The notes beneath the pieces are model-generated. The model was given only the letters and a program-made list of their open reading frames with translations, ran no database searches and was not told the origin of the DNA. A stretch of 64,000 nucleotides of DNA, from NCBI GenBank assembly GCA_963667255.1, contig OY762940.1, positions 864,001 to 928,000 on the forward strand. Reading direction: 5' to 3'. Made by a program: the position numbers and the translations under genes. This document shows, in pieces, positions 48,088-57,520 of this stretch (position 1 is the stretch's first letter; the number at the start of each line of letters is the position of its first letter). The DNA comes from Candidatus Cloacimonadota bacterium (lineage in GTDB: Bacteria; Cloacimonadota; Cloacimonadia; G963667145).

Positions 48088-49695
48088 ATGAAAGGCAAAG
48101 AGGCTGTTCAAGAGATTAAAGAAAAGTGCATTGGTTGCACAAGGTGTGTTAGGGCTTGTCCTGTTTCGGCTATTCGTCTTAGAAATGGGAAAATAGAGAG
48201 AAATAGTGATATATGTATTAGCTGTGGTCATTGTATCAAGATTTGTCCCGTTGGAGCTATTGAGAGCGTTTTCGATGAGTTTGAAGAGATTTTGGACAAT
48301 CCCAAATTCAAGTATAGAGTTGCTCTTTTGTCTAATGTTTTCATCGGTCAATTCCCTCGAAAAGTCAGTTATGATATGGCTGTTGATGCTTTGTTAAAAT
48401 TGGGATTTGATGAGGTCATAGATGAGAATATGATTACGGGAATCATGGCTCCTATTTTTGCAGAGAAGCTGAAAAAGACTAAAATCAGACCTTTGATTTC
48501 TTCTAATTGCCCTGCAATTGTTCGTCTTATTCAGACAAATTATCCGTCGTTGCTTTCTCATATTTTGCCTTTGGAATCTTCAGTTTGCATTTTAAATGTT
48601 TATTACAGAGAATATTTGGTAGGGCTTAAAGGTTTGTCTCCGGAAGAGATAGGGATTTTTTATATCGCTCCGTGCTCTGCCCAAGTTAATGCTCAAAAAA
48701 ACCCTCTTGGGCATGATAAGTCTCTGCTTGATGGTTCTCTTGCTATGAAAGATGTTTACAACAAGATTATGAATATTTGCTTTTATCAGGAGCAAGAAAA
48801 TTTAGAGAAAAAGAAGGATAATGAGAATCTTGTTAAGCATGAGAATTGGGGAATTTATATTTCGGAAGGAAATCAGATAAAAAAAAGCAATCTCAAAACT
48901 TTGGCTGTCAGTGGGATAAAAGGGGCAAAAGATATTTTATCCAAAATAGAGGGTGGACAGCTGGAATATTTTGATTATGTGGTCTTGCGTAGTTGCACCA
49001 ATGGTTGTGTCGGTGGAGACTTGAATGTTGCTAATCCATTCCTTGCTACCAATCGAATCAGCTCTTCCAATATTGAGTTTAAGCCGATAGAGAAAGAGCT
49101 ATTTTACAAGCTTTTTAAAGAGAAAAAATTTAGTTTTCAAAAAGAAATAAAGCCTTTGGAGCATAATGTTGACAACAGTTCCATAAAAGGTAGGATAATA
49201 AAGATGAAAAGGTATGGTGATATTCAAAAACTTTTGCCCGGGAAAAATTGTGGTATCTGTGGTTGTCCGACTTGTGCTGATTTGGCGAAGGAAATTGTGG
49301 AAGGGAAGGCTAAATTTTCCGATTGTGTTTTTAACATTAAAGAGAGGAAGAAAATTTCTCTACTGGAGGTTTTGGAATATATCAAGGGCAAAGTTATTAC
49401 AAAAGAACAGGATTTATCCGAAATTTGTGTAGAGAACGCTTATGTTGGTGATTTGTTGTCCGATGTTATGGCTTCTGCTGGAGGATGTCAAGTTTGGATT
49501 ACTATTATGCAACATCAAAACTCTGTTGCCGTGGCTTCTCTTTTGGATATCAGGGCAATTATTTTTGCCAAGAATAAGATGCCGGACGAACGCTCCATTG
49601 AAAAAGCTAATGAAGAGGGGATAGTGATGATAGGTAGTTCGTATAATTCGTTTAAAATTTCAGGTATTTTGCACAATTTGATATCGGTAAAGTAA
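48088..49695 (+). CDS. [FeFe]-hydrogenase-like putative sensory protein (2x[4Fe-4S], H-domain-like, FeS domain) fused to DRTGG
   Basis: Two CxxCxxCxxxCP motifs; ISSNCPA, IAPCSAQ, SCTNGCVGG; LPGKNCGICGCPTC; C-terminal YVGDLLSDVM. Confidence 0.78.
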   Translation: MKGKEAVQEIKEKCIGCTRCVRACPVSAIRLRNGKIERNSDICISCGHCIKICPVGAIESVFDEFEEILDNPKFKYRVALLSNVFIGQFPRKVSYDMAVDALLKLGFDEVIDENMITGIMAPIFAEKLKKTKIRPLISSNCPAIVRLIQTNYPSLLSHILPLESSVCILNVYYREYLVGLKGLSPEEIGIFYIAPCSAQVNAQKNPLGHDKSLLDGSLAMKDVYNKIMNICFYQEQENLEKKKDNENLVKHENWGIYISEGNQIKKSNLKTLAVSGIKGAKDILSKIEGGQLEYFDYVVLRSCTNGCVGGDLNVANPFLATNRISSSNIEFKPIEKELFYKLFKEKKFSFQKEIKPLEHNVDNSSIKGRIIKMKRYGDIQKLLPGKNCGICGCPTCADLAKEIVEGKAKFSDCVFNIKERKKISLLEVLEYIKGKVITKEQDLSEICVENAYVGDLLSDVMASAGGCQVWITIMQHQNSVAVASLLDIRAIIFAKNKMPDERSIEKANEEGIVMIGSSYNSFKISGILHNLISVK

Positions 49696-50409
49696 ATGTT
49701 ATGTAAAGCTGATTTGCATACACATTCTGTGTTGTCTCCGTGTGGAGATTATTCTATGTCTCCGTCTCTTTTGTTTGAGAAAGCCAAGAAACTTGGGTTC
49801 AAGATGGTGGCTATTACGGAGCACAACTCCTTGTCCAATGCGTTGGCTTATTCCAAAATTGCCGACAAATTTGGTATTCATTACATTTTCGGTGTGGAGA
49901 TTCAAGTAGATTTGGAGATTCATGTTCTTGCTTATTTCCCCGATTGGAGTGCTGCTAAGTTGTTTAATAGTGAACTTTATGAGGTTCTGCCTAATATAAA
50001 AAATAATTATGGACTTTTTGGGGATCAGGTTTTGATAGACGAAAACGAAATGGTTATCGGATTTGAGGACAAATTGCTTTTAAATTCCCTTTCTTGGGAC
50101 TTGCAAACAGCGTATAATAAAGTGAAAAAGTATGGTGGTTTGTTCGTTGCGGCACATGTTGATGCGGAAAGTTATAGCATCAAATCGCAACTTGGTTTTC
50201 TTCCTGATGAAATTATGTTTGACGGTTTAGAGGTTGTTGGGGATATTTGTGATTGGAATAACAATAACCTTCCGATTGTCAAAAACTCTGATGCTCATTA
50301 TCTAAAAGATTTTGGCTGTAGATATACGGAGTATGAAATGAGTGATTTGAGTTTTGAGAGTTTGAAAAAATCGTTATTGGGTAGAAAGTTCAAAATAAAA
50401 TCTAATTAA
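49696..50409 (+). CDS. PHP-domain phosphoesterase
   Basis: DLHTHSVLSPC, AITEHN, GVEI, HVLAYF, AAHVD, NSDAH. Confidence 0.88.
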   Translation: MLCKADLHTHSVLSPCGDYSMSPSLLFEKAKKLGFKMVAITEHNSLSNALAYSKIADKFGIHYIFGVEIQVDLEIHVLAYFPDWSAAKLFNSELYEVLPNIKNNYGLFGDQVLIDENEMVIGFEDKLLLNSLSWDLQTAYNKVKKYGGLFVAAHVDAESYSIKSQLGFLPDEIMFDGLEVVGDICDWNNNNLPIVKNSDAHYLKDFGCRYTEYEMSDLSFESLKKSLLGRKFKIKSN

Positions 50410-50414
50410 GGGGG

Positions 50415-50891
50415 ATGTTAATGGATACTTGTGATAGTCCTTTGTATGCTGAACTCAAGAAAATCATTGATTCCAAAAAAGATTTGCGAGATCCTTTGAT
50501 TGAGGTGTTGAGAGAGGCACAATTGTTGTTTGGGTATTTGCCCAAAGAGGTATTGGTGTTTATTGCCAGAGAGATGAAGTTGCCTATAAACAAAATTTAT
50601 GGGGTTGTTACTTTTTACAATTTCTTTTCTCTCAAGCCTCGTGGAAAGTATGTTATCAATGTTTGCACGGGAACTGCGTGCTATGTAAAAGGTGCTGCTC
50701 GTGTGGTGGAGATGTTTGAGGAATCTTTGGGAATCAAATTGGGCGAGACGACGCCTGATAAGAAGTTTACTCTCTCGTCTGTGAGATGTGTGGGTGCGTG
50801 TTCTTTGGCTCCAGTCGTGGTGATAGGCGATGAGACTTATGGTAGAGTTGCTACCAAAGAGCAGATAAAGAAAATATTGGAGAATTTCTAA
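50415..50891 (+). CDS. Hydrogenase [2Fe-2S] subunit HydC (NuoE-like), copy 1
   Basis: GYLP, GVVTFYNFF..PRGKY, VCTGTAC, RCVGACSLAP. Confidence 0.92.
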   Translation: MLMDTCDSPLYAELKKIIDSKKDLRDPLIEVLREAQLLFGYLPKEVLVFIAREMKLPINKIYGVVTFYNFFSLKPRGKYVINVCTGTACYVKGAARVVEMFEESLGIKLGETTPDKKFTLSSVRCVGACSLAPVVVIGDETYGRVATKEQIKKILENF

Positions 50892-50906
50892 ATTTTTGGT
50901 TGAGAG

Positions 50907-51455
50907 ATGGAAGATATTTCTTTACATTTATTGGATATTTTACAAAATTCGGTTAGTGCTGGTGCGACTCTGATAACTTGTCGTTTCGTGAAGATTGCAG
51001 ACAGATTGCAATTGTCCATTGAGGATAATGGGCGAGGGATGGACGAAGAGACGGTGAATGCTGCGTTAGACCCTTTTTATACGAGCAAGAGTTTTCGCAA
51101 AAAGAAAATTGGTTTGGGTATTCCGCTATTTGCTCAGAGTGCCAAGTTGTCGGGTGGAGATTTCAGTTTGGAGTCGAAAGTTGGGCAAGGAACACGGATT
51201 AAAGCTGAATTTGTGGTTTCCAATATAGATGCTTTGCCTCTCGGGGATATTTCGCTATCTTTGGTAAACTGCATAGTTGCTCATCAAAGTGTTGATTTTG
51301 TTGTAGAGATTGTGTGTGATACGGAAGAGGAGTTTAGTTTGGATACACGGGAGATAAAGAAAGAGATGGAAGGAATTTCTTTGAATGAACCAGTAGTTAG
51401 AAAATACTTAGAAGAAGTAGTTAGTCAACAAGTATTGAAATTGGAGGATAGATGA
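50907..51455 (+). CDS. Stand-alone HATPase (histidine kinase-like ATP-binding protein)
   Basis: HLLDILQNSVSAGA, IEDNGRGM, DPFYTSK, GLGIP, SKVGQGT. Confidence 0.85.
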   Translation: MEDISLHLLDILQNSVSAGATLITCRFVKIADRLQLSIEDNGRGMDEETVNAALDPFYTSKSFRKKKIGLGIPLFAQSAKLSGGDFSLESKVGQGTRIKAEFVVSNIDALPLGDISLSLVNCIVAHQSVDFVVEIVCDTEEEFSLDTREIKKEMEGISLNEPVVRKYLEEVVSQQVLKLEDR

Positions 51456-51805
51456 AATCTTTGGCAGATTTAAGAAAATTGAAAGAAGAAGTTAAGAAGA
51501 AAATGAATTTGAGAGATTCTGATTATAAGTATAAAATAGTGGTGGGTATGGGGACATCGGGGATTGCGATGGGTGCCAGAGAAGTGATGAAAACTTTTTT
51601 GGATGAGATAAGTAAAAGAAGTATTAGTGGAGTCATTGTTACCCAGAGCGGAGAAAAGGGTGCTTCCAGTATGGAGCCGGTTGTGGATGTGATAGAGACT
51701 GAGGGGAAGACGGTTACTTATTGTCAGATGAATGCCGAGAAAGCGAGAAAAGTGGTTAATGAGCATATTGTGAATGGGACGATTGTTAACGAGTACTTAA
51801 TATAG
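51452..51805 (+). CDS. Thioredoxin-like ferredoxin subunit (HydD/HndB-like), usual Cys ligands replaced
   Basis: MKSLADL, IVVGMGTSGIAMGAREV, QSGEKGASSMEPVV, EHIVNG. Confidence 0.75.
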   Translation: MKSLADLRKLKEEVKKKMNLRDSDYKYKIVVGMGTSGIAMGAREVMKTFLDEISKRSISGVIVTQSGEKGASSMEPVVDVIETEGKTVTYCQMNAEKARKVVNEHIVNGTIVNEYLI

Positions 51806-51816
51806 AGGATCGAGGT

Positions 51817-53640
51817 ATGTATAAAAGAGTCGATATCTTATTATGTTTTGGCTCGGGGTGTGTGTCAGCCGGAGCTCGAGGGATAAAAGAGGAACTTCAA
51901 CGCTTAGTTCGTGAAAATAAAATAGATAATGAAGTCAATATTATAGAGACGGGCTGTATGGGTCCGTGTGATTACGGTCCACTGATGCTGATATATCCCG
52001 AGGGAGTTTTTTACAAAAAGCTTACTCCGGAAGATATGAAAGAGGTAGTTGAGGAACATTTGATAAAAGGTAGGGTTGTTGAGCGACTCCTGATGCACGA
52101 TGATACTGTGGCTGATAGGGCTATCAGAAATGTGGAAGATGTGCCTTTTTACAAAAATCAAACGAAAGTTGCTTTGAAATATTGTGGCTACCTGAATCCT
52201 GAATCTTTGGAAGAGTATGTGGCGGTAGATGGATATTCCGCTTTGGGCAAGGTTTTGGAAGAGATGAAACCAGAAGATGTGATTAACGAAATTAAAATTT
52301 CCGGCATTCGTGGTCGTGGTGGAGGAGGATTTCCCACTCATCTCAAATGGAGTTTTGCCCGTTCCGCCAAAAGTGAAGATGGTGTAAAATACATGATTTG
52401 CAATGGCGACGAAGGTGACCCGGGAGCTTTTATGGACAGGTCGCTTTTGGAGGGAGACCCGCATAGAGTATTGGAAGGAATGATGATAGGGGCTTACGCT
52501 ATCGGAGCCAGCAAAGGTTATTTCTACATCAGAGCCGAATATCCGTTGGCTATCGAGAGGATAAAACTCGCTATCAGCAAAGCTCGAGAATACGGATTAA
52601 TTGGCGATAATATTTTGGGTAGTGACTTCTGTTTTGATGCTGAAGTGCGGACAGGTGCTGGAGCTTTTGTTTGTGGAGAGGAGACAGCTCTTATCTCATC
52701 TATCGAGGGCAAGAGAGGTCATCCGAAGCCGAAGCCACCGTTTCCTGCGAACAAAGGATTGTGGGACAAACCGAGCAATATAAACAATGTTGAGACTTTT
52801 GCTAATATTTCATCGATAATCTTGAATGGTGGACAGTGGTTTGCCTCTATGGGCACGGAGAAGAGCAAAGGGACAAAGGTGTTCGCTCTGACCGGAGATG
52901 TGAAAAATACCGGTTTGGTGGAAGTGCCGATGGGGATCACGATTGGAGAGTTGATAGACAATGTCGGTGGTGGTATCAGCAAAGGTAATTTCAAAGCCGT
53001 GCAACTTGGTGGTCCGTCCGGAGGATGCTTGACCAAAGAGCATTGGGATGTGCCGATTGATTACGATTCGCTCACTGCCAAAGGGGCAATGATGGGCTCT
53101 GGCGGTGTGATAGTGATGAACGACTCTAAATGTATGGTGAATGTGGCGAAATTCTTCTTGGAATTTTCTCTGGAGGAGTCTTGTGGCAAGTGCTCTCCGT
53201 GCAGAGTTGGGCTGAAGCATATGCACAATATTTTGGAGAAGATTACCAGCGGGCAAGGTTGTATGGAGGATTTGGATGAGCTGGAAAGTGTTGGCAAGTT
53301 GATAAAAGCGACTTCTTTGTGCGGACTGGGACAATCTGCACCAAATCCTGTTCTTTCTACAATGAAATATTTCCGAAACGAATACGAAGCACACATCAAG
53401 GATAAAAGGTGCGATGCTTTGGTTTGCACGGAGTTATTGCATTTCAATATTAACAAAGATAAATGTGTGGGATGTTCGTTGTGTGCCAAAAAATGTCCTG
53501 TTAATTGCATAAGCGGGTCAAGGGAAGAGAAATTTGACATTGCCCAAGATGCCTGTATCAAGTGTGGAAACTGCCATGATGTTTGTCCGGTAAAGGCTGT
53601 GGAAAAATTGGCTGGTAAGGTTGAGTGTGAGGAAGAGTAG
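51817..53640 (+). CDS. Hydrogenase flavin subunit HydB (NuoF-like), copy 1, bifurcating-type signatures
   Basis: N-terminal CxxxxC...CxxxC; GRGGGGFP; DEGDPGAFMDR; GTKVF; GGPSG; ESCGKCSPC; C-terminal 2x[4Fe-4S]. Confidence 0.93.
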   Translation: MYKRVDILLCFGSGCVSAGARGIKEELQRLVRENKIDNEVNIIETGCMGPCDYGPLMLIYPEGVFYKKLTPEDMKEVVEEHLIKGRVVERLLMHDDTVADRAIRNVEDVPFYKNQTKVALKYCGYLNPESLEEYVAVDGYSALGKVLEEMKPEDVINEIKISGIRGRGGGGFPTHLKWSFARSAKSEDGVKYMICNGDEGDPGAFMDRSLLEGDPHRVLEGMMIGAYAIGASKGYFYIRAEYPLAIERIKLAISKAREYGLIGDNILGSDFCFDAEVRTGAGAFVCGEETALISSIEGKRGHPKPKPPFPANKGLWDKPSNINNVETFANISSIILNGGQWFASMGTEKSKGTKVFALTGDVKNTGLVEVPMGITIGELIDNVGGGISKGNFKAVQLGGPSGGCLTKEHWDVPIDYDSLTAKGAMMGSGGVIVMNDSKCMVNVAKFFLEFSLEESCGKCSPCRVGLKHMHNILEKITSGQGCMEDLDELESVGKLIKATSLCGLGQSAPNPVLSTMKYFRNEYEAHIKDKRCDALVCTELLHFNINKDKCVGCSLCAKKCPVNCISGSREEKFDIAQDACIKCGNCHDVCPVKAVEKLAGKVECEEE

Positions 53641-53666
53641 GGGATTAAAAAGAAAAGGAGATTATT

Positions 53667-54104
53667 TTGAGTATAATGAATAAATACTTGCCTGAAAAGG
53701 AAAATATTTTGGAAATTTTACATTTAGTTCAAAATGCAAATCCAAAAAACTTTTTGAGCAAAGAAGATTTAGCCGAAGTCGCCAACTATTTACATTTGCC
53801 TTATAATCAAGTTTATTCGGTGGCAAGCTTTTACTCGATGTTTTCATTAAAGCCACGGGGAAAATTTGTTATCAAGGTCTGCCAGTCTCCACATTGCGTA
53901 GTAAATGGTTCTGATAATCTTTTGGATTTTCTAAAGAAAAGGGTTAAAAAAAATCCTGAAATCTCGTTGGAAGAGTGTCAGTGTCTTGGTGTTTGTGGTA
54001 ATTCGCCAGTGGTTTTGGTAAATGACAAAATTTATGGTGATATGGATAAAGAGAAGTTGGAAAAACTTTTGAAAAATTTAGAAGGTGGTAAAAATGTTTT
54101 ATAG
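53667..54104 (+). CDS. HydC/NuoE-like subunit, copy 2
   Basis: VYSVASFYSMFSLKPRGK, VCQSPHC, QCLGVC. Confidence 0.88.
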   Translation: MSIMNKYLPEKENILEILHLVQNANPKNFLSKEDLAEVANYLHLPYNQVYSVASFYSMFSLKPRGKFVIKVCQSPHCVVNGSDNLLDFLKKRVKKNPEISLEECQCLGVCGNSPVVLVNDKIYGDMDKEKLEKLLKNLEGGKNVL

Positions 54105-55644
54105 AACACATCTTCTGTTTGTGAAGGACGATAACTCTATTGATAAGGGGTTGCAAGAAGTTTTAAGAGTTCTCAACGAAGAGTTGGTAAAATACGGATT
54201 GGAAAAGGAAATAGGTGTTTTGCAAACTGGTTCTCTCGGATATATTTCCAAAGGCGTTCACTTTGTCGTTTATCCTGATAATTTGCTTTATACCAAGATT
54301 ACTCAAGAAGACATTCCTTTGATAGTGCAGGAACATTTTTTGAAAGGGCGTCCGGTAAAGAGGCTTTGTGAGAGTGCCAAAAGAGATGTGGAATTTGCTT
54401 ATTCGGAAAGGATAGTTTTGAAAAATTCCGGCAAAATTGACCCTGAATCTATAGATGAATATATTGCTGTTGATGGTTATCAAGCTCTGGGCAAAGCTTT
54501 TGAAATGGGTAGAGAAGCTACTTTGCAGGAGATAAAGAAGTCTAATCTTCGTGGTCGCGGTGGAGCTGGGTTTCCCACTGGCATCAAGATGGAAATGACT
54601 GCAAATCAGAGTGAAAAGCAAAAGTATATTGTGGTGAATGCTGATGAGGGAGAGTCGGGAACTTTCAAAGACAGACTTATTATGGAAGGAGACCCGCATA
54701 AGCTCTTGGAAGGAATGGTGATAGCTGGTTTTGTGGTGAGGGCGGATACAGGCTATATCTATATTCGTGGAGAATATAGTCTTTGTGTGCAAAGGTTAAA
54801 AATCGCTATAGAACAAGCACATAATTATGGATTGTTGGGCAAAAATATCTTAGGTAGCGGTTTCGATTTTGATGTCATTATTAAGCTGGGTGCTGGCTCG
54901 TATGTGTGTGGAGAGGAGACCGCATTGCTAAACTCTCTGGAAGGAGGCAGAGGCAATCCTCGTTTTAAGCCACCTTACCCGGGGGAGAGAGGTCTTTGGA
55001 ACAAGCCAACTGTGATAAACAATGTTGAAACTTTGACAAATATACCGGCAATAGTGGAGAAAGGTGGAGAGTGGTTCGCAGGAATTGGGACACCAGAATC
55101 GTGCGGGACGAAAGTTTATACTATTTTGGGTGAAGTGAACAATCCGGGATTGATAGAAGTTCCTATGGGCACAACATTGAGGGAAATTATCTCCAAATAT
55201 GGAGGTGGACTGAAAGCGGATAAGAAGTTTAAAGCTGCTTTGGTGGGTGGAGCTGCCGGAATGTTTTTACCTGAGCGGTTATTAGACATCAAGATGGATT
55301 TTGAGAATTTGTCCAAAGAATCTGCTGTTTTGGGTTCAGGAGCTATTTTGATATTGAGTGAAGATGCTGACATACTCAGGATTTTGACTTCTATTTTGAA
55401 GTTTTTCTTGCATGAGTCTTGCGGTAAGTGCAGTGCATGCAGGATTGGCTATAAGATGTTGGTTACCTTGCTGGATAAGATAGTTTCTGGTGAAGGCAAA
55501 TCGGAAGACATTGATAAAATGGTTGAGATTGCCAATGTGATGAGAGTAACCTCATTCTGTGCTTTGGGTCAATCGTCGATTATGCCTATTGGCAGTATTA
55601 TCAAATATTTTAAGGGAGATTTTAAAAGGTTTACAGGAGAGTAA
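54094..55644 (+). CDS. HydB/NuoF-like flavin subunit, copy 2, non-bifurcating-type signatures
   Basis: GRGGAGFP; DEGESGTFKDR; GTKVY; GGAAG; ESCGKCSAC; lacks N-terminal Cys ligands and the C-terminal ferredoxin domain. Confidence 0.9.
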   Translation: MFYRTHLLFVKDDNSIDKGLQEVLRVLNEELVKYGLEKEIGVLQTGSLGYISKGVHFVVYPDNLLYTKITQEDIPLIVQEHFLKGRPVKRLCESAKRDVEFAYSERIVLKNSGKIDPESIDEYIAVDGYQALGKAFEMGREATLQEIKKSNLRGRGGAGFPTGIKMEMTANQSEKQKYIVVNADEGESGTFKDRLIMEGDPHKLLEGMVIAGFVVRADTGYIYIRGEYSLCVQRLKIAIEQAHNYGLLGKNILGSGFDFDVIIKLGAGSYVCGEETALLNSLEGGRGNPRFKPPYPGERGLWNKPTVINNVETLTNIPAIVEKGGEWFAGIGTPESCGTKVYTILGEVNNPGLIEVPMGTTLREIISKYGGGLKADKKFKAALVGGAAGMFLPERLLDIKMDFENLSKESAVLGSGAILILSEDADILRILTSILKFFLHESCGKCSACRIGYKMLVTLLDKIVSGEGKSEDIDKMVEIANVMRVTSFCALGQSSIMPIGSIIKYFKGDFKRFTGE

Positions 55645-55645
55645 A

Positions 55646-57394
55646 ATGCAAATAACAATTAATGGGAAAAAAATAGAAGCGAAATCTGGACAAACCATCA
55701 TAGAGGTTGCCCGTGAAAATGGGGTCTATATTCCGAGTTTGTGCTATCACAAAGATTTGGTGCCTACCGGAAATTGCGGAGTTTGTGTTGTTAAAATCGA
55801 TGGTATGGGTCCGCTGAAAAGGGCGTGTGTAACTCCTGCCGAAGATGGAATGAGCATCACTACGGATTCTGTGGAACTCAGGAAAATCAGGCGAGAATTG
55901 CTGTCGCTTATCTTGTTGGCTCACGATGTCAAGTGTCCTACTTGCGACCAAAACGGCAAATGTGAATTGCAGGAACTTATCAACTATATGGATATCCCCG
56001 AGCCGAAATATGAGCCGATTTTTAAGAAGACTGCGATTGATAATTTCAGCCCTTCGATAGTGAAGGATACCAACAAGTGTATTCATTGCGGGAGATGTAT
56101 AGCCGTTTGCAACGATATTCAGGAAGTTCATGCACTCTGCGTAGAGGGTCGTGGATTTGAGAGCAAAGTTACTACAGCTTTTGGCGAGTCGCTTGCCAAT
56201 AGCCCGTGTGTGAATTGCGGTCAATGCACGGTTTATTGCCCTGTGGGAGCTCTGAAGGAAAAATCGCAAATCGAAGAGGTGCAAACTGCGTTATTTGACC
56301 CGAGCAAAATAGTGGTAGTGCAAGAAGCTCCGGCTGTCCGAGCGGCTCTCGGCGAAGAGTTCGGATTGGACCCCAAAGAGGTTACAACCGGCAAGATGTA
56401 TGCTGCTTTGCGTAGATTGGGTTTTGACAAGATTTTTGATACCAACTTTGCTGCCGACCTTACCATTATGGAAGAGGGTTCGGAGCTTATTCAGCGAGTG
56501 AAAGAGGGTGGCACTTTGCCCTTGATTACCTCCTGCTCTCCAGGTTGGGTTAAATTCGTGGAAACCTATTTTCCCGAGTTTCTGCCTAATGTCTCTTCTT
56601 GCAAGTCTCCTCAACAGATGTTTGGGGCGATGGTTAAGACCTATTTTGCCAAGCAGGAGACTATTGACCCAAAAGACATAGTCAGTGTGTCTGTTATGCC
56701 TTGCACAGCGAAAAAGTTTGAGGCTCAACGACCTGAGATGAACTCTTCGGGTTATCGTGATGTCGATTATGTCCTCACGGTCAGAGAGTTTATCAAGATG
56801 ATAAAGGGTGCAAAGATTGATTTTAAAAACTTGCCTGAAGAGCAAGCCGACCAATTGATGGGACAATACACAGGAGCTGGAACGATATTCGGGGCGACAG
56901 GGGGAGTGATGGAAGCTGCTATCCGCACCGCATACGCTTTACTCTCGGGTAAAGAGTTGGCGAACTTGGATGTTATCCCTGTCAGAGGTATGTCTGGCAT
57001 CAAAGAGGCGAGTTTGGATATCCCCCTGAAAGACAGTTCCGTTGTCTTGACTGTGAATGTTGCGGTTGCTCACGGACTTGGGAACGCCAAAAAGCTGTTG
57101 GAAGATGTTCGTGATGGCAAGAAGAGTTATCACTTTATCGAGATAATGGCTTGTCCGGGCGGATGTGTTGGTGGTGGCGGTCAGCCTTACGGTTCCGATT
57201 TGGCGGACAGAGCTCGTCGCGGAGAGTCTCTCTATAAGGAAGATAAAAATTGTGAGTTAAGGACTTCGCACACCAATCCGATGATTAAGAAAATTTATGC
57301 CGAATTTTTGGGTGAACCGCTCTCGCATACATCTCACAAGTATTTGCACACCGATTACAAAGAAAGAGACCAGCTAACTGGTAAACAAGATTAA
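55646..57394 (+). CDS. hydA: [FeFe]-hydrogenase catalytic subunit (group A)
   Basis: [2Fe-2S], His-ligated [4Fe-4S] and 2x[4Fe-4S] motifs; H-cluster motifs TSCSPGW, MPCTAKKFE, EIMACPGGCVGGGGQP. Confidence 0.96.
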   Translation: MQITINGKKIEAKSGQTIIEVARENGVYIPSLCYHKDLVPTGNCGVCVVKIDGMGPLKRACVTPAEDGMSITTDSVELRKIRRELLSLILLAHDVKCPTCDQNGKCELQELINYMDIPEPKYEPIFKKTAIDNFSPSIVKDTNKCIHCGRCIAVCNDIQEVHALCVEGRGFESKVTTAFGESLANSPCVNCGQCTVYCPVGALKEKSQIEEVQTALFDPSKIVVVQEAPAVRAALGEEFGLDPKEVTTGKMYAALRRLGFDKIFDTNFAADLTIMEEGSELIQRVKEGGTLPLITSCSPGWVKFVETYFPEFLPNVSSCKSPQQMFGAMVKTYFAKQETIDPKDIVSVSVMPCTAKKFEAQRPEMNSSGYRDVDYVLTVREFIKMIKGAKIDFKNLPEEQADQLMGQYTGAGTIFGATGGVMEAAIRTAYALLSGKELANLDVIPVRGMSGIKEASLDIPLKDSSVVLTVNVAVAHGLGNAKKLLEDVRDGKKSYHFIEIMACPGGCVGGGGQPYGSDLADRARRGESLYKEDKNCELRTSHTNPMIKKIYAEFLGEPLSHTSHKYLHTDYKERDQLTGKQD

Positions 57395-57408
57395 AATGAG
57401 ATTATTTC

Positions 57409-57443
57409 AAAGCACTTCCGCTAGAATGGTGGGAGTGCTTTTT
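57409..57443 (+). terminator. Intrinsic terminator after hydA
   Basis: AAAGCACTTCCGC / GTGGGAGTGCTTT stem with G-U pairs and a T tail. Confidence 0.75.
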
Positions 57444-57520
57444 ATGAAAGTTGTTGAAAATGAGACAAATAAAGGAGCTTAGAGATTTATTAGAATTGTT
57501 AGAAAAAAAGGGGTAAAAAA

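Noticed and set aside
50415..55644. NuoE/NuoF genes as respiratory complex I
   Set aside because: No membrane Nuo subunits are present and the genes lie with hydA, so they are hydrogenase subunits.
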